Of a DNA stretch of 64,000 nucleotides, positions 33,373 through 44,734 are shown piece after piece. The stretch's first letter is position 1. Each line of letters opens with the position of its first letter. Made by a program: the position numbers and the translations under genes. The notes beneath the pieces were generated by a model. That model ran no database searches and was not told the DNA's origin. It saw only the letters and a program-made list of their open reading frames with translations. This DNA is from an uncultured Planctomycetota bacterium (lineage in GTDB: Bacteria; Planctomycetota; Planctomycetia; Isosphaerales; Isosphaeraceae): assembly GCA_963845755.1 (NCBI GenBank), contig CAWJTV010000034.1, positions 672,001 through 736,000 on the forward strand, written 5' to 3'.

Positions 33373-34308
33373 GTGCGCCGAATCGCCGTGGCCCTGGTTT
33401 CCGCGCAGCTCGTCGGTGCACTGACGACCCTCGCGGCCGTCGCGGCGGAGCCGACGGTCCTCGATCTGTGGCCGGGGAAGACGCCGGGAGACGTCGGCAT
33501 CAAGGGCCAGGAAACCAGCCGAATCCATCCGTCGCCCCTGGTGGGACCGACCAAACTGATCACGAACGTGACCAGGCCAACCCTGACGATCTACCAGCCG
33601 GACCGGGCCAGGAACACGGGGACGGCGATGATCATCTGTCCGGGGGGCGGCTACTGGGATCTCTACTGGGAGCTCGAAGGGGAGGAAGTGGCGGCGTGGC
33701 TGAACGCGCAGGGCATGACTGGCATCATCCTCAAGTATCGATGTCCGCGGCGGCCCGGGGATGTCCGCGGTGAGCCGCCCCTGGGCCCGCAGCTCGACGC
33801 CCAGCGGGCCGTCCGGCTGGTCCGGAGCCGCGCCGCGGAATGGGGGATCGACCCGAAGCGGATCGGGATCGTCGGGTTCTCGGCCGGCGGCCACCTCGCC
33901 ATCGCGACCGCCGCCGGGTTCGGGAGGCGACTCTATGAACCGATCGACGCTGTCGACACGATCAGTTGCCGGACCGATTTCGCCGTTGCGTGCTATTCGG
34001 GTTACCTCAAACCCAAGGATAAGGAGGGAATCCGGGCCGATCTCCAAATTCCGCCCGTTACACCCCCGATCTTCCTGGCCCACGCCTCCGACGACACGGA
34101 AAGCTACGGCGGCTCAAACGCGGAGAACAGCGCCTTCATGTATATGGCCTTGAAGCGCGCCGGTATTCCCGCGGAACTGCACATTTATGCGACGGGGGAC
34201 CACGACTTCGGCGTCCGGCAAAACGAAAAACTCCCCTCGAGCTGGACGCCGCTCTGCATCAAATGGCTGCGCAGTCAGAATCTTCTGAAGCCGGCCTCGA
34301 ACCCGTGA
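33373..34308 (+). CDS. Exported alpha/beta hydrolase (acetyl-/feruloyl-esterase-like)
   Basis: Signal peptide, CPGGGY, GFSAGGH, GDHDFG. Confidence 0.88.
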   Translation: MRRIAVALVSAQLVGALTTLAAVAAEPTVLDLWPGKTPGDVGIKGQETSRIHPSPLVGPTKLITNVTRPTLTIYQPDRARNTGTAMIICPGGGYWDLYWELEGEEVAAWLNAQGMTGIILKYRCPRRPGDVRGEPPLGPQLDAQRAVRLVRSRAAEWGIDPKRIGIVGFSAGGHLAIATAAGFGRRLYEPIDAVDTISCRTDFAVACYSGYLKPKDKEGIRADLQIPPVTPPIFLAHASDDTESYGGSNAENSAFMYMALKRAGIPAELHIYATGDHDFGVRQNEKLPSSWTPLCIKWLRSQNLLKPASNP

Positions 34309-34391
34309 TAGGAGGGTCGCCGGGCTTTTCCGCCCGGCCGGGCAATCTCCATTTAGTTGCACAGCTCAGGTGTCAGCGAAGGGGCTGGACT

Positions 34392-35153
34392 GTGAACGCG
34401 TCGAGGAAACTGACATACGTGATCGGGTCTATCGGCTTGCTGGGGGGCCTGCTCGCCGCACTCGCCCCGAGGCCCTCGCGGGAGGCGGACCCGACGATCG
34501 TGCAACATCTGGCCGGCAAGCCGGTGTGGCCGCCGGAGCAGGACGCCGCGCCGCCGGAAGTCCGGGAATTCCTGGACCGCGTGCTGGAGAAGCTCCCGGA
34601 CCGCGGTTCCGGAGTCAGAGGCTATCAATTCTCCCACTGGGAATGGGCTGGGAAGCCGACCCACGAGGCCATCGGGCTCAAAGCGGTCCCTCTCGCCGAT
34701 CCGCAGAGGTTGATCGATCGCGTCATGGACGTGGATCGTTATGCGAGTCATGTCGCCCACGTCGAAACTTGCCGTTCCGAGCCGGATCCGGCGTTCACGC
34801 GACCCGAGAAGGTGCGATTCTACCAGGTCATCAACGTACCGGGAGTGGCCAAGATCCAGCAGGTGTTGGTGCTGGTGGATGGAGGGACGATGAAGGGCTA
34901 CCGGGTCGCTTACTGGTACCTGCTCAAGGACAAGACCCCATCGTTGGATCCGAAGGCCGGCGCTCGCAGCGACTTCAATGTCGGGGCCTGGTTCGCAGCC
35001 CCGGGCGTGGTGGGTTACGCGATGACCTGCTGGCCCAAGCGGGACGATCTGAACCGGCTCCAATGGATCTCGCTGACCTCCGGGGCGAATGCCCTTGCGA
35101 AGCGAATGGTCGAGGGCAATATTGACGGCATGGTGGCGTGGGCGCAGAAGTAG
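34392..35153 (+). CDS. Hypothetical exported or membrane-anchored protein (possibly START/SRPBCC-like)
   Basis: N-terminal hydrophobic helix; high-GC3 codon pattern; fold guess only. Confidence 0.55.
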   Translation: MNASRKLTYVIGSIGLLGGLLAALAPRPSREADPTIVQHLAGKPVWPPEQDAAPPEVREFLDRVLEKLPDRGSGVRGYQFSHWEWAGKPTHEAIGLKAVPLADPQRLIDRVMDVDRYASHVAHVETCRSEPDPAFTRPEKVRFYQVINVPGVAKIQQVLVLVDGGTMKGYRVAYWYLLKDKTPSLDPKAGARSDFNVGAWFAAPGVVGYAMTCWPKRDDLNRLQWISLTSGANALAKRMVEGNIDGMVAWAQK

Positions 35154-35275
35154 AAGGACGCCTTGCCGCCTTTGCATTCATCATGGCGGCCGAGTGAGAG
35201 TCCGGCGAGATTGCTGAGAACGTCACGACGATCCTGTCAGGAAATCGGGCTCGGCGGCAACTCTCTAGTCGAACC

Positions 35276-35875
35276 ATGAGCGAGCCCAGCCGACCGCCTA
35301 CACCTGAGCCCGAGATGGCGGCGATCCGTGCCCTGGACTGGGGCAGAACCCTCGCCGAGCACGATCGCTGGCTGCGCCGGGTGGTCGCGGCGCGACTGGG
35401 CGAGCCGCAGGCCGTCGACGAGGTGATGCAGGACGTCGCGCTGGCCGCGGTGGCTCAGCGGACACCGTTGCTGAATCCGGCGCGGGCGGCCGTCTGGCTG
35501 TATCGGCTGGCGGTGCGGCACGTGCTGATCTACCGGCGCAAGACCGGCCGGCAGCGCGGGCTGGTGCATCGCTATGCCTCTCGGCGGACGTTGAGCGATC
35601 TCGACGCAGCCCCCTCGCCGCTGGCCTGGCTGGTGAGTGAGGAGCGGCAGAAGCTCGTTCAAGACGCCCTGCGCCGGCTGCCGTCACGCGACGCCGAGAT
35701 CCTGGTCCTCAAGCACGCCGAGGGATTTACCGCCCGGGTCCTGGCGGATCGTCTGGGTGTCACCGTGGCGACCGTCGAGACGCGGTTGCACCGCGCCCGC
35801 CATCGGCTTCGCATCGAGCTGGCCGAGTTATCCGCCGAATTCGAGGCATCCGACCATGACCATGATCGAAAGTGA
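35276..35875 (+). CDS. ECF sigma-70 factor
   Basis: AVDEVMQDVAL, WLYRLA, TVETRLHRAR. Confidence 0.88.
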   Translation: MSEPSRPPTPEPEMAAIRALDWGRTLAEHDRWLRRVVAARLGEPQAVDEVMQDVALAAVAQRTPLLNPARAAVWLYRLAVRHVLIYRRKTGRQRGLVHRYASRRTLSDLDAAPSPLAWLVSEERQKLVQDALRRLPSRDAEILVLKHAEGFTARVLADRLGVTVATVETRLHRARHRLRIELAELSAEFEASDHDHDRK

Positions 35876-36633
35876 TTGCGGATCTCCGCTCGACGAGTTC
35901 ATCGACCGCATCGTCGATGGGGAACTCAGCCCGACCGAGCTCGGCGCGACCCTCGATCGTCTCGACCGCGAGCCCGACGGCTGGAAACGATGTACCCTGG
36001 CGTTCCTCGAGGCGCAGTGCTGGCGCGAGTCGTTCCGCGCCCTCGATCCGCCGGTCGGCGTTTCGGTCGGGGCCCCATCGCAGCCGATGCCGCCGGCCTC
36101 CGGGCGAGAACTCCGGCGATTCCGTGGCTGGCGGCGCGGGGTCATCGCCGCCGGGATCGCCGCGGTCTCCTTCGCGATGGGGTGGCTCGTCCATCCCGTT
36201 CGACCGCCCTCGCCGGCCCAGAACGGGAAAACACAGATGCCACCCATGATCGCGACTCATGTTGAGGATGCTCCGAAACCACCCGTCGAGAGCCCGGGGG
36301 TTCGGGAATCTGCCGAATTGGCGGGCGAATTCGCGAGACCGCCTCTCCAACCCCGGTTTGTCGCGGATCCCCGTGAATCCATCGTGACAGTCGCTCATTT
36401 GCGGGTCGGAAGTGCCGAGGTGCCGGTCCTGGCCGGTCCGAAGATCGACGAGGAGTGGGTCAGGACTCAGCCGCCCGCTTTGAATGAGTACCAGCGCCGC
36501 GCTACTGGAACGCCAGGGCTATCAGGTCGCCCAGCATCGGCGGATCAAAATGGCCACGCTGCCTGACGGCCGTCGCGTGGCCGTCCCCATCGACCAGGTG
36601 CAAGTCAGTTATACCGGAAACAACCCCTTGTGA
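35856..36633 (+). CDS. Putative single-TM anti-sigma factor (frameshift near 36500)
   Basis: Overlaps the ECF stop; DRIVDGELS N-terminus; one TM helix. Confidence 0.7.
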
Positions 36634-36715
36634 CGTTCGGCCCGATCGGGCGGACGGAGAAGGTGTCTCACGGAAGTTCGACGATCGTTCATTATCGACG
36701 AAACGGAGACTCGAC

Positions 36716-39347
36716 ATGCGGTTTCGACTCGCGTTGTGCATGGCACTTGGGCTCATCCTGACCTTGAGTCACCCGGCTGACACTTTCGGCCGGCAGGGAC
36801 AAGGGAACCAAAACCCGCAGAAAGGGCAACAAGCGGGTGAGACGGTCGTCGAGGCGGTCTTCGGCTACAGCGGACAAGGGAACCAAAGCGCTCCGCAAGC
36901 GCAAGAAGACCAAAGGAAGGGCCAGCAGGGTAACCCCGGCGCAGAGAAGCAAGGCGCGAACCAGGGACAGGGCCAGCAGGGTAACCCCGCGCACAGAAGC
37001 AGGGCCAAGGGCAGCCAAGCCAGGACCCGAACGATCAAAACGGGAGTTCCCAGCAGAGTCCCGCGCCTGGATCAAGGATGTCACCGCGGGGCCTCTTGCC
37101 GGACGACAATATCAGTACACTCTGAGTCCCAATGCTTTCGCCTTCGTCGGGATTGGTAGCCGAAACTCCGGCATGCGCCTCGCGGCCGCGGACGATGCGC
37201 TCCGGGCGCAACTGAAACTCCCCAAGGAGGAGGGACTGATCGTGACCGCCATGGAACCCGGTTCTCCCGCCGCTTCAGCGGGGATCGAGCCGAATGACGT
37301 CTTGCTCCGCCTGGGCAGTGAGGCTCCCAAGGGCATCGCTCTCGGGAAGCCCGAAGACCTCGAAAAGGGGCTGAAGCTCGTCGGCGACTCGCCGCAACAA
37401 TTGTTCCTCCTCCGCCGGGGTCGAAAACTCGCGATCAAGGTCCAGCCGGAAGTGAAGGTCAGTCTGGGACCCGTCCGGCCCGAGCCACCCTCTTATTGGA
37501 TCGGAGTCTCGGTCGGTTCCATCGAGCCGGCGCTGCGCACAACTCCAACTCCCCGAGAAGCACGGCTTGCTCGCCCTTGAAGTGGTCAAGGATAGTCCGG
37601 CGCAGAAGGCGGGCGTCAGGCCTCACGACATCCTGCTCAGACTGGACGGTGAAGCTCTGATCAACCAGGCTGAGCTCATCCAGATCGTCCAGGCCAAGGG
37701 TGAGAAACCGATTTCCCTCGAACTGGTACGCGAGGGGAAAAAAGAGACGATCGAGATCACTCCACAGCGAAGGGAGAACCGGGCCGCCTGGAGATGGGAA
37801 ATGCCGAAGGCATCCACTTGGGAGATGATCAACGTCGGCTCGCTCCTGCCGGGCCAGACTGCTGGCGCAAACAACGGAGGCGGAGTCGTATACTTCGACC
37901 ACGATAATGACGGGGATCTCGATCTCCTGACTGTGTCGAATCGTGGATCGAATCGGCAAGCAATTGAGGGCAGCGACGGGGCAATGGCGAAGCGACTCGA
38001 CGACTTGACCTCCCAGGTCAAGGAACTCCGCCAGGCCATCGACGCCCTGACCATGGCCGCACAGGGAAGGAATTCTCAGCAGGGGACAAACCCCAACTCC
38101 TACGCCCCCCGATTCTCAGCAGGGAGCCAACGCCACCAATCCCCAGCAGGGGGCCAACACCGCAAATCGCCAGCAGGGAGCCAACGCCACCAATCCCCAG
38201 CAGGGAGCCGACGCCGCTAATCCCCAGCAGGGAGCCAACGCCAACAATCCCCAGGCGGGGCCGGTAGCGATGACTGCCGAAGGTGTGCTCCAGGTCGTTA
38301 TTCGTCCGCGGCAGATCCGACGACTCGTAGCAGGCAAACAAGCCCGGCCAGTAGCTCCGGGTCACCTTCACGAACTGCTTCAAACTCGCCCGCACCGCGG
38401 GCTCGTCCGTCGTCGCCACCGCCCGGCGCATTCGCGCGAGCAGTTGCACCATCCGCCGTCGCACCTTCTTCGCCGGCAGCCCCTCCTCGTTCTTGAGGAT
38501 CCGGGCAGCGCTGCTTGACCCATTGGACGACTCGCCACTGCCGGGAACAGCGCGGCCGTCTCCTCCAGCCTGCGCCGCAGCAATTGCCTCAGCCGTTTCA
38601 AACCCCCGGGCAGGTCGCCCGCCTTGGCGACGACATCGTCCAAGCTGGCGGCAATCCGGCTCAATCGATCCTGCCGCTTCAGCCCGGAGGCCGAAAGCGG
38701 TGGCAGTCCGTCGTCGGTCAAGGCCCCGCGCACCGCGGCGCAGTAGTCCCGCACCACCTCCGCCTCCGCGTCCTCCGCGTCGTCCTCCAGCTCCTTCTCC
38801 GCCTGAGCGCTCGATCTTCCGGATGCCCCGCACCCGCTTCTTCAACTCCTTCTTGGCGTGGCGATCCGCCTCGTAGATCGGCTTGGCCGCCTCGCGGAAG
38901 TAGTGGAAATGGCAGAGCTGATGGGGGACACCTTTGAGGGCGATAGCCACGGCGTTGCGGATGCTCTCCTGACCGTCGGAGACCACGCCGGTGATCGGCA
39001 CCGGCAGGACCTTCCGCACCTGGTCGATCAGGCCGGCCAGGTCCTGGGCCGTGGACGACAGCAGGCTCTTGGCCAGGAGGATCTCGCCGGAGAGGCAGTC
39101 GCGCAGCACCCAGAGGACCTCGTGGCCGACATCCGGCTGCAGGCCGTCGATGGCCAGGATGACGCGGCCCTGCGGGCGCAACAGCGGACCGAGTCGCTGG
39201 GGATCGGCCGTGGCCAGGGACCGCAGCTCGTCGTAGCGGTCCAACAGGTTGGTGACGGTGCGTTCGGCCGTTGCTAACAATCCCCAACAGGGACCCAACG
39301 CCAACAATCCCCAACAGGGGCCCAACGCCAACAATCCCCAGCCGTGA
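36716..39347 (+). CDS. Exported double-PDZ protein with Gln/Asn-rich repeats, interrupted by a transposase fragment (frameshifted)
   Basis: Signal peptide; GSPAASAGIEPNDV and DSPAQKAGVRPHDI PDZ motifs; DHDNDGDLD motif; QQGANANNP repeats resume after 39270 and end QP*. Confidence 0.7.
38077..38260. repeat. 27-bp tandem repeats (QQGANANNP), left block
   Basis: cagcagggagccaacgccaccaatccc units. Confidence 0.85.
38264..39270 (-). mobile_element. Internal transposase fragment lacking both termini
   Basis: LAIDGLQPD, VVSDGQ, CHFH, LPRTNNDLEHTFG motifs; starts and ends mid-protein; GGCCG at both junctions. Confidence 0.78.
39271..39344. repeat. 27-bp tandem repeats (QQGPNANNP), right block
   Basis: caacagggacccaacgccaacaatccc units. 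Confidence 0.85.
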
Positions 39348-39687
39348 CCGGACTCATCCCGGTCAGGTCAATCTGTGGGAGGATCGACGGGCCGGGGCAC
39401 TCGCCCGCCGCCGATCCCGTCCCTTTGGTTCCCTCGACACTCAGCCCGGCTTTCCCCAGCCGGCTGACGATCACCGGCCAGTGCCGGGCCAGGCTGTGCT
39501 CATCCATGGTATGCGTGCAAAGGATCGTCTCGCGGTCCTGGCGGCCGATTACACGCACCCCGCCCGGTGCGCGATGCAAGGCCCGCCGGACCGCGTTGAT
39601 GCTCGGTGCCCGAACGTAAAACCGGCCGCCCGGTTCGGCCTCGCGTTCCGCGAACTCGTCGTTTCTGGTAGGATTCATGGTGAACAA
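39274..39687 (-). CDS. Hypothetical protein
   Basis: GAGG RBS, globular-looking N-terminal ~90 aa; the 3' end runs into the repeats and is uncertain. Confidence 0.45.
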   Translation of the reverse strand: MFTMNPTRNDEFAEREAEPGGRFYVRAPSINAVRRALHRAPGGVRVIGRQDRETILCTHTMDEHSLARHWPVIVSRLGKAGLSVEGTKGTGSAAGECPGPSILPQIDLTGMSPVTAGDCWRWAPVGDCWRWVPVGDC

Positions 39688-39725
39688 TCCATCCTCAGTT
39701 CACAGGAGGGCCGCGATGCAGAACA

Positions 39726-39977
39726 ATGACCGAACCCGTCAAGCCGAGGAAGAGCTCAGCCGCACCATTCGATTCCGTGCGGATGGACAAGACAGTCTTT
39801 TCCGTCGTCTCCAGCTTCGAAGAAGCCGATGCCTCTGACAAGGAATACTGGCGGACTCAGAGCCCGCAGGCACGTCTCGAAGCCCTCGAATTGATGCGCC
39901 AGGTGGCTTATGGCTATGACCCCCTCACGGCTCGAATCGAACGGGTTCTTGAAGTCGTCAAGCGAGAGCCAAATTGA
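39726..39977 (+). CDS. Small antitoxin-like protein of the type usually paired with a nucleotidyltransferase
   Basis: MDKTVFSVVS-FEEAD...YW...SPQARLEALELMRQ...Y...ARIERV pattern. Confidence 0.6.
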   Translation: MTEPVKPRKSSAAPFDSVRMDKTVFSVVSSFEEADASDKEYWRTQSPQARLEALELMRQVAYGYDPLTARIERVLEVVKREPN

Positions 39978-39995
39978 GTATCGGAAGGATCCATC

Positions 39996-40310
39996 ATGTC
40001 CGACCCTCCCACCCATGTCCGCGCACTCCAGGCCGAGCAAGTCCTCGAACTGACCTGGCCCGACGATCGGGTCAACCGCCTACAGTATCACCTGCTTCGG
40101 AGCGAATGCCCGTGTGCTTCGTGTCGCAACGAGTGGACGGGCGAACGGGTGCTCGACCCGAAGTCCATCCGGTCCGACTTGAAGCTCGTCGGCATGGAGA
40201 ATATCGGCACTTACGCCATTCAGCCAGCCTGGAACGATGGCCATGCCTCGGGCCTCTTCTCCTGGGAAACGTTGCGTGCTCTCGGCGATGACATTCACGG
40301 AGCGCGCTGA
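39996..40310 (+). CDS. DUF971 / gamma-butyrobetaine-hydroxylase N-terminal-like protein
   Basis: LRSECPCASC, GTYAI, WNDGHASGLFSWETL. Confidence 0.88.
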   Translation: MSDPPTHVRALQAEQVLELTWPDDRVNRLQYHLLRSECPCASCRNEWTGERVLDPKSIRSDLKLVGMENIGTYAIQPAWNDGHASGLFSWETLRALGDDIHGAR

Positions 40311-40376
40311 GACGAGGTCCCGACACGCGTGGTGGAACCACTTTTCCCTAACGCGACCTTCGGCCGCAACCCAATC

Positions 40377-40458
40377 GGGATTCCCGATTCGCGATTCCGG
40401 ATTCCCGAAAGGGAATGATCCGGGAATCGGGAATCGCGAATCCGGAATTCGGAATCCC
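40377..40458. repeat. Inverted array of GATTCCS heptamers (hairpin)
   Basis: gattccc/gattcgc/gattccg arm followed by complementary gggaatc/gcgaatc/cggaatc arm. Confidence 0.75.
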
Positions 40459-40461
40459 CAG

Positions 40462-41492
40462 ATGCGCGCACGACGCAGGGATCCTACGGAGGAAGACTCT
40501 AACGAACCGATCTTGACCGTCGCCGTTCCGACCTGCAACGGCGCCGCTCATCTCGCCGAGACCCTGCACAGCATCATGGCCCAGGAGGGCGTCGTTTTCG
40601 ATCTCGTCATCTCCGATGATCGATCAGACGATCCGACCCTCGAAGTGGTTCGCTCCGTGGCCGGGGATCGAGCCCGGATCGAGGTGAACTCGGAGCGGCT
40701 CGGCCTCGCGGGCAACTGGAACCGTTGCGTCGCGCTGGGCCACACGCCGATAGTCGCCATCTTCCACCAGGACGATGTGATGGAGCCCGGTCACCTCGCG
40801 GCCCAGGTGCGGGCGTTCGCGGCGGATGAGGGCATCGGATTGGTCGCCGGCGCCTCCGATGTGATCGACGACAAGGGCGATCCGATCCCCGATCATGTGG
40901 TGGGTCGCGGTGGGCTCGGACCGGTGGATCGGATCTTCCAGCCCGGCGAGCTTGCCGGACTGATGGTCGAGGGAAACCCGTTGCGCTGCTCGGCGGTGAT
41001 ACTTCGTCGCGCGGCCTTCACGGAATCCGGTGGATTCGACGCCTCGTATCGATATGTGCTCGATTGGGAGTTCTGGCTGCGCGTGTCGAGGCGATGGAAG
41101 ATCGTCTGGCTGGCGAAGCCGTCCGTGCATGTGCGCTGGCACGCCGCGAGCGAGACGCATCGCTTCAAGACCGGCACGGCCGACCTGGAGGAAACCGCCC
41201 GACTGCTCGAACAGCTTTTCGCGATCGATCTGAAGGACCGTCCCGATGTCGACGTGCTGCGCCGGGCGCGAACGGCCGGCTCGCTCGCGCGTTCTTGAAC
41301 CGGGCCCATGAGGCCCTTCGTGCCGGACGGACAGATTTGGCCCGCGACGCGCTTCGTCGCGGGTTGCGACGGTCACCTGGCCTGATCGCCACGATCCTCC
41401 GCGATCCTCGACTGTGCATCCAGATGACAACCCTGGCCGCCGCGCCGCAACTGGCCCGGCGGCTATTCATGGAGCGTTCGCCCGCGTGGTGA
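40462..41492 (+). CDS. Family 2 glycosyltransferase (frameshift near 41270)
   Basis: VAVPTCN, SDDRSDD, NWNRC, FHQDDV, DWEFWLR. Confidence 0.88.
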
Positions 41493-44305
41493 GGACGGAG
41501 ATCCGCGCGACGGACCGCCGCCCCTCGTCCGTGTCGGGCGCCTTCTGTGCGATCTCGCGGTAAGAGCTGAGCGCGGCCGCGGTCTTGCCCATCTTTTCCA
41601 GGTTCCGGGCGATGGGGAATTGAATGCGGGCGCGCTTCGCAATCGTGCCATCTCTGCACTTCCCGGTTCACAGCCTCCTCGCGTCGCTGGCGGGCAGCCG
41701 ACTCCGATTCGGGTTCGCGCTTGCCGCGCGTTTCCCTGGCGAGTCGGGATTCCAGCTCGGCCGCCAGCACGATTCCGGGTCCCGCCGAGGCGCGCGACCA
41801 GGGATTTCAGGAACGACTCGACCTGGGAGCGTTCTCTCGCCGAGAGCGCGAAGAACCGTTTCGCGGAGGCCTTGGCCTGACCTTCATGCAGCGCGACCGC
41901 TTCTTCCAGGTTCCGAGCCCGACCGTCGTGGAGGTAAGGGCCGGAATCGCGGTAGCCCCAGAGCGGAGGAGTGCGCCACTCCCGCGGTGACGGCCCTGTG
42001 GGAGTATCAGGGCCGTTCATCCCGTAGGTGCTGCCGGAATCGCTCAGGCTCTGGCCCATGTTATGCAGAAGCAGGTCGCTGTAGATTCCACCGACCTCGC
42101 CGATCGTCGGGGTGTGGCAGAGCACGCATTCGGCCTCGGTGAAGAGTCGGCGCCCCTCTCGCATGTCCGGCGTGCCCCGCGGACCGTACGGATCGACGAC
42201 CACCGGCGCGGGCAGGGACCGGACGTAGGCGGCCAGGGCATCGCAGTCGGCCTCGGTCAGATCGAGTCCCTTCGCCTTCTGCTTCGGGGCGACGGGCGAA
42301 CTCGGCTGCGAATGACCGGGCACCTCCAGCCCCAACTCGTTGGCACAGGCGCCTCGGACAAACTCATGCAGGCTGGGGATCTGGGCCTTCCAGCCGAACC
42401 GGCCGAATCGTCCATCCTGGGTGCGGCTGACCCGGCCCCGGACGTCTGTCGGCTGCATGGCCGCCACCGCCACTAGGACATCGAGCGGAATCTCGTCGAT
42501 TCGACCCGCGCCGAACAGGGCCGGTGTGTTGCGTTCGACGAGGCTGAGACTGAAGCCGTTGATCGCTTGCGACACGGCCGTTGCGGTCCCCAGCCTTCGC
42601 CCCGGCGTTGTGGTCTCCTTGAGTGCGCGGATGCGACGCACGACGAGGTCCTCGCTACGGGTGCGTGTCGGCTTCGTTTCTTTGTCGCTCTTGGGCTCGA
42701 AGAGACGCCTCCGCCACGAGTCGTACTCGGGATCCGTCGAATAGCGGTGGAGCAAGGCGCGTGCGCGAGTTGCCCAGGCTGGGGATGACCTGATCCAGAC
42801 TGCCGCCGGATCCGCAACCGTTGGGAGCAGCCGTGACGATGACGACGTTCTTGCTCTCGGGACCGGCACCGCCGGGGGCCCCCAGGCCATGGCAGGCCAC
42901 GCATGAGGTGTCATTGAAGACCGGTCCCAGACCGTCGCCGCCGTGACTCATGGGATCATCGGGCACCCACTCCTTGGCGAAGAGCACCGCACCGCGTTCC
43001 TGCTCTTCCCGGAGTGATTCCGAGGGCCTAGCCATCGCTGGCGGGGTACGAGATTCCGGCTTCGCCTTCGGCTCGGGCGGAATCGGGACGATCTCCGTGT
43101 CCGTTTTCGCAATCACGACAGTCGGGACCTCCCTGATCGTCCCGGCTGGCTCTGGATCGGACTTCGTCGCGGGGCGGGAGGTCGGTGCAGCGGCCAGGAG
43201 CGTGGCCGGCGGATTGGTCGGTGTCGGCGCCTCGTCGATCGGCCGGGGCCCGTCCGGCACCGGGGCGAACGGCTTCGAGCGGGCTGGCGCCACGTCCTCG
43301 GCTGGAGTCGGCTCGTTCGCGGGTGCGGCGAGATTCCCCGGGATGGGCACCTTGTCCTTCGGAGACGCATCCTGCTGGACGGTGGCGGGCAGAATGATCG
43401 TCGCGCGACGCGGACCGATCCAGCCAGCGGTCGCGGCGATCCCGACCGCGATGGCCACGCCCATCACCAATTTCAGCCGGGCCAGGGCCATGGCGCAGGA
43501 GCACGGCTTCCGTCAGGGGAATGACGGAGGCCGAGGCAAATCCGATCGCCGCCGCATTTCCCAGGGTAAACTGCATGGCGGCGCGGGTCGTGGAATCGAT
43601 CAGGAAGGACGGTACCGCGACTCCAGTCTCCTCGCCGCTGAGCATCGCAGGGATCAGCGCGGCGGTGGGGGCGAGGCCGCGTCGCGTCAGCCGCACACGG
43701 AGCCGTTCCCGCGCCGCCGGAGCCGCACGCCCACCGTGCCCACCGGACAACGCAGACGTTCGGCCGCCTCCTGGTAGGTCCGCCCTTCCAGGTCGCAAAG
43801 GACGATCGGGATGCGATATCGGTCGGGCAGCCGCGAGACCTCTTCGTGCAGGACCTCGAACTCCTCGCGACAGATGAGCATTCCCTCGGGCCGGCACGCA
43901 CGGTCGATCGGTTCCTGCGCCGATTCCATCCCCTCTCGGCGACTCACGCTGCCGCCTGCGATGAGCCCGGAGCCTCGCCTCCCGCGCCGTGCGCAGGGCC
44001 ACTCCGTAGAGCCAATGCCCCAGCAGTTCCGGCTGGCGGATCGATCCGGCCCGCCGGGCCAGGATCAGGAATGTGGACTGGAATGCGTCCTCGGCGGTGT
44101 GCGCGTCGCCGAGGATCTGCTGACAGATGCGCAACACCATCGGCCCGTGCCGGCGAACCAGGGTCGCGAACGCCGTCTCGGCCGGCTCGTCGCGATGGGC
44201 CGCGAAACGCGACAGCAACTGGCCATCGCTGACTCCCGAGATCGGTCTCTCGTCCGGGAGTCCCTGTGGTGGCTTGCGAACAGCCTGAGTTTGTCCATTC
44301 CGCAT
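41467..44305 (-). CDS. ECF sigma factor fused via TM and Pro-rich linker to a di-heme oxidoreductase (DHOR)-family domain (frameshifted)
   Basis: N-term SDGQLLSRF/RHGPMV/AEDAFQSTF sigma; then GDGLGPVFNDTSCVACH, RNTPALFG, GRFGWKAQ, CVLCH, SDLLLH, WRTPPLWG, YLHDGRA. Confidence 0.8.
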
Positions 44306-44734
44306 GATCGAGACCTCCCCAAAAGCCTCTCTGCGATCCTCATCATACTACTGGGAGGCCGGCCTTGCATTCTTTCAACTTTCGAAGGAGGTGGAGCCAG
44401 GCAGCCACCGTCCGCGCAGGGTCGAAACCGAGGAGTAATCGGCGCGGGGGACCTTTGGACGTGGAATCCGGGCGGCGAGCGCGATTAACGCTTGGGTGGC
44501 TGACGGTCGGGAGACAGAGCCCCCTCCGACACCCGGACTTCCGGGCGGACCACCGTCGTTTTGGAGGAGCCGGCTCCGTCCGGCGATCGTCATTCAAGCG
44601 TTAAGCGATCTAGGTGCAGGTGGGGAGAGGGGATACGCCTCACGGCGTACTGCCTACCGCGTACGGGGTGCTGACATCGGGAGCCACCTCGTCCACAAGT
44701 TTCTGGGGTGTCAACTCTGCGGAATAGTCATCCG

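Noticed and set aside
38077..39344. 27-bp repeats flanking a transposase as element terminal repeats or CRISPR
   Set aside because: They are in-frame coding repeats of the PDZ gene and are tandem without spacers
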